Positions 56,484 through 64,000 of a DNA stretch of 64,000 nt are shown here, piece by piece. This stretch comes from Macrostomum lignano. Its lineage: Eukaryota. The stretch lies in contig NIVC01001007.1 in the NCBI GenBank assembly GCA_002269645.1, positions 186,001 through 250,000 of the forward strand, read 5' to 3'. The translations under genes were made by a program, and so were the position numbers. The notes below the pieces were generated by a model, which saw nothing but the letters and a program-made list of their open reading frames with translations, was not told where the DNA came from and ran no database searches. Position 1 is the stretch's first letter. Every line of letters starts with the position of its first letter.

Positions 56484-58607
56484 ATGTCATCAGCTGCTGA
56501 GATGGCATCCAAGCCTACAACTGACTACTTGGAGCCAACGATGAAACCGTTGAAATCTAAAAAGCAATCTTCAAGCAAACCGGCTGGTCAAGCGAGACGC
56601 CTAGTACAGACTCAACTGGTGCTGTCGCCTGTTGCAGAGCAGCCGTCTCTACAGGTGAAACAGGCTCAACGCTCACCTGTCAAGTCTGCCAGATTGGAAT
56701 TGGACAAACAGGCTAGGGGAGACACTAATAATCAAGTTAATGCTGGCCGTAGTGCGTCTTCAACTGCAAATGACAATGGATTTGTCAATGGAAATGTCAA
56801 GGTTTGTTCAACTACACTTTGTTTAGCAAAATTTCAAAAATGCGTTCGGATTTAGAAATAACAAGCCTTCTGTGTTAGGTTTAAGGTTATGACCCTTTGT
56901 TAGGTTTAAGGTCATGACCCTTTGTTAGGTTTAAGGTCATGACCCTTTGTTAGGTTTAAGGTCATGACCCTTTGTTAGGCTTAAGGTTATAACCCTTTGT
57001 TAGGTTTAAGGTCATGACCCTTTGTTAGGTTTAAAGTCATGACCCTTTGTTAGGTTTAAGGTCATGACCCTTTGTTAGGTTTAAGGTCATGACCCTTTGT
57101 TAGGTTTAAGGTCATGACCCTTTGTTAGGTTTAAAGTCATGACCCTTTGTTAGGTTTAAGGTCATTACCCTTTGTTAGGTTTAAGGTTATGACCCTTTGT
57201 TAGGTTTAAGGTTATGACCCTTTGTTAGGTTTAAGGTTATGACCCTTTGTTAGGTTTAAGGTTATGACCCTTTGTTAGGTTTAAGGTTATGACCCTTTGT
57301 TAGGTTAAAGGTCATGACCCTTTGTTAGGTTTAAGGTCATGACCCTTTGTTAGGTTGTAACCTAGTGGTCAGAGCATCGGACTCACGACTTGAAGGTCAG
57401 GGGCTCGATTCTTGACTCACTCGTAGCAATTTGTGTCCTTGAGCAAGACACTTAACTCTGCATTGCTTCAGTTCTCCCCAGCTGTAAAATGGGCGCTAGC
57501 ATTAGCTGGATAATTGAGGGTGTGTGTGGCGACCCCCCCCCCCAGTCCTTCGACTGAACAGCCGTACGCAGCCTTCAGATGCGCCGCGCAATGGCTGCGG
57601 CTGAGCTGGCGGTTGCACATCTGGCCCAACTGGGGCAGGTGTAATCAATTATTATTATTATATTATTAAGGTCACGAACCTGCTTCTTTGTTAGGTTCAC
57701 GAACCCTCGACCCTCAACATCGTTGATCTCTATTAAAATCATTTTTATATTTGCAAACAAAAGGGCACGACCCGAAATACTTAGCGAAATAATAGATAGA
57801 TGTTTTAAGCCTATTAGTCTGTCTTAACGATGAAGCTGATTATTGAGTGCTAGAATTCACTCGCAGCCTCCCCGCCAACCAAATCCCAATCAAAACAACC
57901 AGCAGGCGTCCCAGCGGCCAACGCCCAAATCGATTCGTCGCAGCAAATCCTGCGATAACCGCTCGACTCCAGCTGCCGTTTCATCCTCCGCTTCCAGCAG
58001 CTCGTCTTCATCAACTGCATCCTCGTCAAGCAGCGGCAACAGGCAATCCAGTCTTGGCGGGAAATCTGCCAGCTTAGAGAATTTCTTCCCAGCTCTGGTT
58101 GGCACGCGCAGAAGCGAGCGCCGCTTGTTAAAAGCGGCGCAGTTCGACTCGGAGGCGGAGACCATCAATCGGATTAGCAGGGTCTGTCAGGACGGCCTCA
58201 AAGTGGTTGACTTCCCGGACAAAGGCCGCGGCATTGTGGCTACTAGAGCGTTTACTCGCGACGAATTCGTAGTTGAATACAAAGGCGATTTAATTGATTT
58301 CAAAGCTGCCAAGCTGCGCGAACAGGCCTATAATAGCGACCCAACTGTGGGCTGCTATATGTACTATTTTGTTGCTCGCGGCGTGAAATTGTGCGTTGAC
58401 GCCACGGCCGAGAGTCCCTACTATGGCCGGCTGTTGAACCACAGCCGTCTGGCGCCCAACTGCTACACCAAGGTGGTGTGCATTGGCGACCGGACGCACC
58501 TGTGCCTGTTTGCTAAGCGAGACATCTCGCCGGGCGAGGAGCTGGTCTACGACTACGGCGATAGGGACCCGGCTACTCTGGCTGCGCATCCCTGGCTGAA
58601 GTGCTGA
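56484..58607 (+). CDS. KMT5A: PR-Set7/SET8 H4K20 monomethyltransferase; exons 56484-56801, 57867-58607
   Basis: GLKVVDFPDKGRGIVATRAF..EFVVEYKG...GCYMYYF...CVDAT...GRLLNHS...GEELVYDYGDR...AHPWLK* is the SET8 signature. Phase-0 GT-AG junction. Confidence 0.93.
56870..57352. repeat. 25-bp minisatellite (TGTTAGGTTTAAGGTCATGACCCTT), ~19 copies, in the KMT5A intron
   Basis: Read directly. Confidence 0.96.
57353..57545 (+). mobile_element. tRNA-derived SINE with a CORE (MIR-like) central domain
   Basis: A box TAGTGGTCAGAG and B box GGCTCGATTC, then TGTGTCCTTGAGCAAGACACTTAACTCTGCATTGCTTCAGTTCTCCCCAGCTGTAAAATGGG. This resembles the MIR core ...CCTTGGGCAAGTTACTTAACC...CTCAGTTTCCTCATCTGTAAAATGGG. Confidence 0.8.
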
Positions 58608-58684
58608 ACTGGTGTTTTTATATTTAGACATAGGGGCAACCAATGCGATTCTTAGATGAAGAATCAAGCTATTGAAGACTCCCA

Positions 58685-59665
58685 GAGGTCAGTTGCTGGG
58701 CCAGACTTCCAGATCCTCAGTTGCTGGGCCAGCCTCCCAGATCCTCAGTTGCTGGGCCAGCCTGCAGCCTCCCAGATCCCCAGTTGCTGGGCCAGCCTCC
58801 CAGATCCTCAGTTGCTGGGCCAGCCTCCCAGATCCCCAGTTGCTGGTCCACCCTCCTAGATCCTCAGTTGCTGGGCCAGCCCCCCAGATCCTCGGTTGCT
58901 GGGTCACCAGCCTCCCAGATCCTCAGTTGCTGGGCCAGCCTCCCAAATCCCCAGTTGCTGGGCCAGCCTCCCAGATCCTCAGTTGCTGGGCCAGCCTCCC
59001 AGATCCTCAGTTGCTGGGCCAGCCTCCCAGATCCCCAGTTGCTGGTCCACCCTCCTAGATCCTCAGTTGCTGGGCCAGCCCCCCAGATCCTCGGTTGCTG
59101 GGTCACCAGCCTCCCAGATCCTCAGTTGCTGGGCCAGCCTCCCAGATCCCTAGTTGCTGGGCCAGCCTCCCAAATCTTCAGTTGCTGGTCCACCCTCCCA
59201 GATCCTCAGGTGCTGGGCCAGCCTCCCAGATCCTCAGTTGCTGGGCCAGCCTCCCAGATCCTCAGTTGCTGGGCCAGCCTCCCAGATCCTCAGTTGCTGG
59301 GCCAGCCTACCAGATCCTCAGTTGCTGGGCCAGCCTCCCAGATCCCCAGTTGCTGGTCCACCCTCCTAGATCCTCAGTTGCTGGGCCAGCCCCCCAGATC
59401 CTCGGTTGCTGGGTCACCAGCCTCCCAGATCCTCAGTTGCTGGGCCAGCCTCCCAGATCCCTAGTTGCTGGGCCAGCCTCCCAAATCTTCAGTTGCTGGT
59501 CCACCCTCCCAGATCCTCAGGTGCTGGGCCAGCCTCCCAGATCCTCAGTTGCTGGGCCAGCCTCCCAGATCCTCAGTTGCTGGGCCAGCCTCCCAGATCC
59601 TCAGTTGCTGGGCCAGCCTCCCAGATCCTCAGTTGCTGGGCCAGCCTCCCAGATCCTCAGTTGCT
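58685..59665. repeat. 28-bp minisatellite family, array 3 (downstream of KMT5A)
   Basis: Same unit as arrays 1 and 2, with internal block duplications. Confidence 0.95.
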
Positions 59666-61114
59666 ATCTACGGTATATTGCATACTTTAATTTCATTTAA
59701 AGAAATCAAAACAGACAAGGGCAAAAGCTATGACGTACAGTATATATAAGCCGAGAGCAATTCCGTTTTTTGTCTCAAAGCAGTGCTGGACAGATCCACA
59801 GGCCCCCTTTTTGGGCCATAGACAATGAAATGCAAGTCTTCAATAGCTTGCTTGATTGGTTCTCGACTGAACTGTGGGCGATGCTGTTAGCTTAGGCTGG
59901 ATTAAAGAGTTTAATTGTAGCTGCCTGACAAAAATTTGTCGGTTTAATTTAGGTTCAACAAATAAGTTTTTAACTAAACTCTATTTATTACTATCATTAT
60001 TATAAAGCATTTGTTGTGTCGCATTATTTACAAATACTACTTTCAAATATTAAACCTGTTGTTGTCAAGTGTTGAATAAATTTAAATATTTTTGCGTGTT
60101 TATGCGCCGTTGTCTTTGTAAATATGACTGCACCTGCCAGATCCATATCGGAGCATATATAGGCGCACTTAATCTCTCATACTAGTTTTATTATACTCGT
60201 TCATTTTTCACGGAAACAGTCTATGTATATATAATAAGTTTAGCAATTTGCATAGTCACACTGATACTATCTATACACCTTGTTCGTTACACTACTCAAA
60301 ACAATCATTTTCAAGTGTGAATTTAGTGTCTCTCCTGGTAAATTTGCTTATATCTGTTATTCCTTATTGCAATGTTGTATATTGTTGCTGACATCATATT
60401 TAATTTGACCCGATTGCAATTCAATGTTCGTGACTGTTATTAATTATTAGACAAAATTAATTGACTTGAATGTACTTTCTAAATGTAGTCTGCAACTTAG
60501 GAAATATATAATTTGTTTTATAGTTAATTTCTATTTTGACTATTACTACTGCAATTACTACTGGAAGTATGCAGCTGATGTTTTCCAATTTGTAATATTT
60601 ATTTTTATAAAAAAATGAAGAATGATTATTAAACAATCGAATTCAAAGTGGTTCAATGCTTTAGTAGTAAATCTAAATTCTTAACTGATCACTTTAACAA
60701 CTATATTTTATATTAAATCTTTAATCACAGTCAATTGTTAAAGAGAATCAGAAAATATGAGAATATGTAGCTCGTACAAATACATCGCATATTCATAGAA
60801 TCACATGATAGTATAATTAACTGTTTTAATCCGATAAAGCATTTAACCAGACTAGATTAATCTCTGAAAATGACGACATGCACAAATTTAATATTGATAT
60901 ACAAGTTTAATAGAACAGATTTATAATATTGGCAACTTGTAATCTATATATTCAATAGAAAATTGTTTAAAGCGAAATTATTAATTTAATAAGTCATAAA
61001 TATGATTAACAGTAGAATGAAAACTTTGTAAGTACAAAGGTATATAGCAAGAGAGCTTCCTTGACGGGACAGTGAATAATCAAATTTACACCAACCTGGG
61101 TTACTGAAATAGCG

Positions 61115-61475
61115 GCAAGACTTCCGGTTATAAACCTGCTGGTGAGACTTCCATTTGGAAACCTACTACTGGTGAGACTTCCGGTTGGAAAGCTACTACT
61201 GGTGAGACTTCCGGTTAGAAAGCTACTACTGGTGAGACTTCCGGTTACAAACCTACTACTGGTGAGACTTCCGGTTGGAAACCTACTGGTGAGACTTCCG
61301 GTTGGAAAGCTACTACTGGTGAGACTTCCGGTTGGAAAGCTACTACTGGTGAGACTTCCGGTTGGAAAGCTACTACTGGTGAGACTTCCGGTTACAAACC
61401 TACTACTGGTGAGACTTCCGGTTACAAACCTACTACTGGTGAGACTTCCGGTTGGAAATCTACTGGTGAGACTTC
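61115..61475. repeat. 30/27-bp minisatellite (GGTGAGACTTCCGGTTGGAAAGCTACTACT)
   Basis: About 12 copies just beyond the TRAPPC9-like stop codon. Confidence 0.94.
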
Positions 61476-61553
61476 AGCAACAGCCCAACCCGGAATTTTA
61501 AGCTCGTTTTAAAAAAAACAGAAAACAGAATGGAAACGACGCACAACAAAAAA

Positions 61554-64000
61554 CTAAACAGCCTGAATCGGCCACGCCTTAGTAACCTTAACGTTAGTGC
61601 TAGGAAAGAATAGCGTAGCCATTAATTGGCTCGCGCAACCGTTGCCTAGCAACAGTACGCCGGAGGACAGACGCGCCAGGCGATGCTTGCGCGACAATTC
61701 CGGCAGTTGAGTGGCCGTCTGTCCGGTCACTAGCAGGCCGGCCTGCTCCGGCCACACCAGCAGGGCCGGCCCTGGCAACAGGCGGTGGCCTCGGTACCGA
61801 ACTTCGACGCTCACCGAGCGAACCTGTGAGGTCAAATCAGGGTTCAATTTGAAGAGGTCAAACCTCGGCCTGGGTAACAACTGGGTTAGCCTAAATTAAT
61901 TTGGTCATACTTAAATGAACTCAAGTCATACTGAACGAAACTGGGTCATGCTGAATGAACTCAATTCATACTGAATGAACTCAAGTCATACTGAATGAAC
62001 TCAAGTCATACTGAATGAACTCAAGTCATACTGAATGAACTCAGGTCATACTGAATGAACTAAAGTCATACTGAACAAAACTGGGTAATACAATCGCTCT
62101 ATAAAAGGCAAACAAGTTCATACGGATTAAATGATGTACACTCCAGCTACTAACAGTAGTAGCAACAACGCACCTGTCCAATCAAGAGCCGCAGGCCAGG
62201 CTTATCATCGGCATTATTATTGCCACCGTCACAGTTGCACTTCCAGAGCAGCTGTCCAGTCAGCCACTCGGCGGTGGCCACAGCATCCTCGCAAGCTTCA
62301 TCATCGGCAACTGTGGCTGGCGCCGCAGATTCATAATCTTCAGCATCATCAATCGGCTGTCCGGGCGCTATCCGATCAACACTCACGTGACCGTACAGAA
62401 CAGCCGCTCTACCTAACGTAGTTTTAGCGCAATCATCGCTATTAACTTCGGCAGTTTGAGCGCTAGCAACACTATTTCCAGCTGAGTAGCAGACTCGAAC
62501 GCGCAATCGGTGCCGACCAAAGTCTGGCATCTGGCGGCCCGTACCCATGCCGACGTAGAGAGTCACAGCCGCCACATCGCCCGGAGCGATAGGCAGCTGC
62601 CTAGCTAAATTACCCTCCGACCAAGATGCTAAGCCTAATGGCATTAGATCTAAACTAGCCTGACTAATTGGCAAATTGCCAACATTAGTGAGTCTCAGTT
62701 GCATAGAAGCTGACGAGCCGGCTGCAACTGATCGATCTGAGTCGATCTGTTGGCCAGACAGAATCATCGGATCGATGGCTAGTTTAACACTGCCACCGTC
62801 CAGCCATTCCACTCGCAGTTTTGGCAATATAGGAACAACTTTAACGCTAGCAATGGAAGGCAAGTCGGAGCGCAAAGGTAGACTCGACGGCAATAGATAG
62901 TAATTGATGCCAATTAGATCGAACCGGCCTAACTCTGTCGGCTTCACTAGCAGAGTTATCGAATAGGAGCTGTTGGACGATGTTAAAGGATTCAGTTCGA
63001 TAAAATCAGACTTCGACTCTGAGACTGTTGCTGGCCAAACAGATTCACTACTATCATCATCATCATTATTATCGCTAGCAGATTCTCTTGCGCGCCTTCG
63101 AACTCGCAAGCTCAATTGGTTAAGCTGCAGAGGCACAGGCAAATTATGCCTAAGAGTTAGACAGAGCCGGTTAGGCTCTTCAATAGACCAATAGACAGGT
63201 GCGGACTTCTTAGCACTGTCAGCATTGCCATCTAGCGTTAATGGAGTGTAGATAAACAAAGGCTTAACATTGGTTCCTTGATTTTCTTCGCCACTAGATG
63301 AAGCTTTAGAATTGGCGGAAGTCATTATGACGGGCGAATCAGGCATAGATTCCGGTTTGGCTAGCAACCATTCGGGCAGCCGAGATGGAGCTTTAATCGG
63401 ATTAGAAAACGAATTGGTTGCATCGGATAGACAGTCAAATAGTTCATTGCATTCATCCGGCGTCAGCCACGGTCCCAAACTACCCAAAGTGCTGAGCGCT
63501 CTTTCCCAAGCTTTATCATTTGTTGCAGTGCTACTACTGGTAGTAGCAGTATTTTGTCTCTGTCTAAGCAAGGCAACCAGCCGACAGGCAAGGGTGACTT
63601 TTAATCGCGGCGCAGACAAACTCGTACCATCGTCAATTTCTCTGTCATTGTCAAGACAACGCGTCAACAGAGCAACGGAAGAATCTAAATCTACGCCAGA
63701 TGCTCCGACATCATCGAGATGCTTATTAGCGGCTAGCCAACGGTGCAGCACAGCTCGACGTGTTAATCCTAATTCGGCCATCAAGTCTCCAATGCACCAA
63801 GTGTTGCTGCTGTTGCCAACACTGGCTAGCAGGCGTTCTGTAGCCGGCAGTTCAAGAAACTGCACAGCCTCTACCGCCGGCCATCGTCGACTGCGCCAAT
63901 GCTGCTGATAGCCGCGCATCGCTCTGGCAGCTTTCAGCGTTGCTTCAGCGGCAAGCCAAGCGGCTGCCGAGAATTTCTGATACTCCGACACAGCTTCGCG
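61554..64000 (-). CDS. TRAPPC9: TRAPPC9 (NIBP/Trs120)-like, 3' part; exons >64000-62174 and 61880-61554
   Basis: EAVSEYQK...AEATLKAARAM and PLFIYTPL...WSIEEPNRLCLTLRHNLPVPLQLNQLSL resemble TRAPPC9 (EACIKAVRVL; PFIYSP...WVQGDVCEVQL..YNPMPFELRV). Phase-0 CAG|GTGCG...CCCAG|TTG junction; the frame is open to the window edge. Confidence 0.78.
61915..62085. repeat. 20-bp minisatellite (ACTCAAGTCATACTGAATGA) in the TRAPPC9-like intron
   Basis: About 8 copies. Confidence 0.92.

Noticed and set aside
56870-57352. Telomeric repeat (TTAGG within the unit)
   Set aside because: Only one TTAGG per 25-bp unit, not a tandem telomeric array.
52566-59749. GYGKTLM, PISVFPY and LLGQPPRSSVAGPASQ repeat ORFs
   Set aside because: Translations of the 21-bp and 28-bp arrays. 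The true MIPEP and KMT5A exons splice around them.

Overview
Eukaryotic (metazoan) genomic DNA. The GC-rich exons, Ala/Ser-rich proteins and a minisatellite in almost every intron suggest a flatworm such as Macrostomum (inference only). The left half holds four co-oriented minus-strand genes: Rab11, Mlx-like bHLH-ZIP, WTAP/fl(2)d and a compact NASP-like TPR histone chaperone. The middle (25.8-40.2 kb) is a transposon graveyard. It contains a young but defective Ty3/Gypsy element (181-bp LTRs, 4-bp TSD, tRNA-Leu PBS), a second Gypsy remnant whose RT is split by an 860-bp solo-LTR-like insert, a LINE fragment and Harbinger-like transposase relics. The right half holds three plus-strand genes (divergent PPP1R15/GADD34-like, MIPEP, PR-Set7/KMT5A) and the convergent 3' end of a TRAPPC9-like gene. 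About 20 tandem arrays explain most of the long ORFs in the track, which are not genes. There are also several MITEs and two tRNA-derived SINEs, one with a CORE/MIR-like domain. No CRISPR arrays, rRNA genes or true tRNA genes were seen. No complete new system can be demonstrated from the sequence alone. The best leads are the TA...TA solo-LTR-like family, the divergent PPP1R15 with candidate uORFs, possible trans-spliced operons, and motif-bearing or dispersed minisatellites. All family assignments are from remembered motifs, not database searches.
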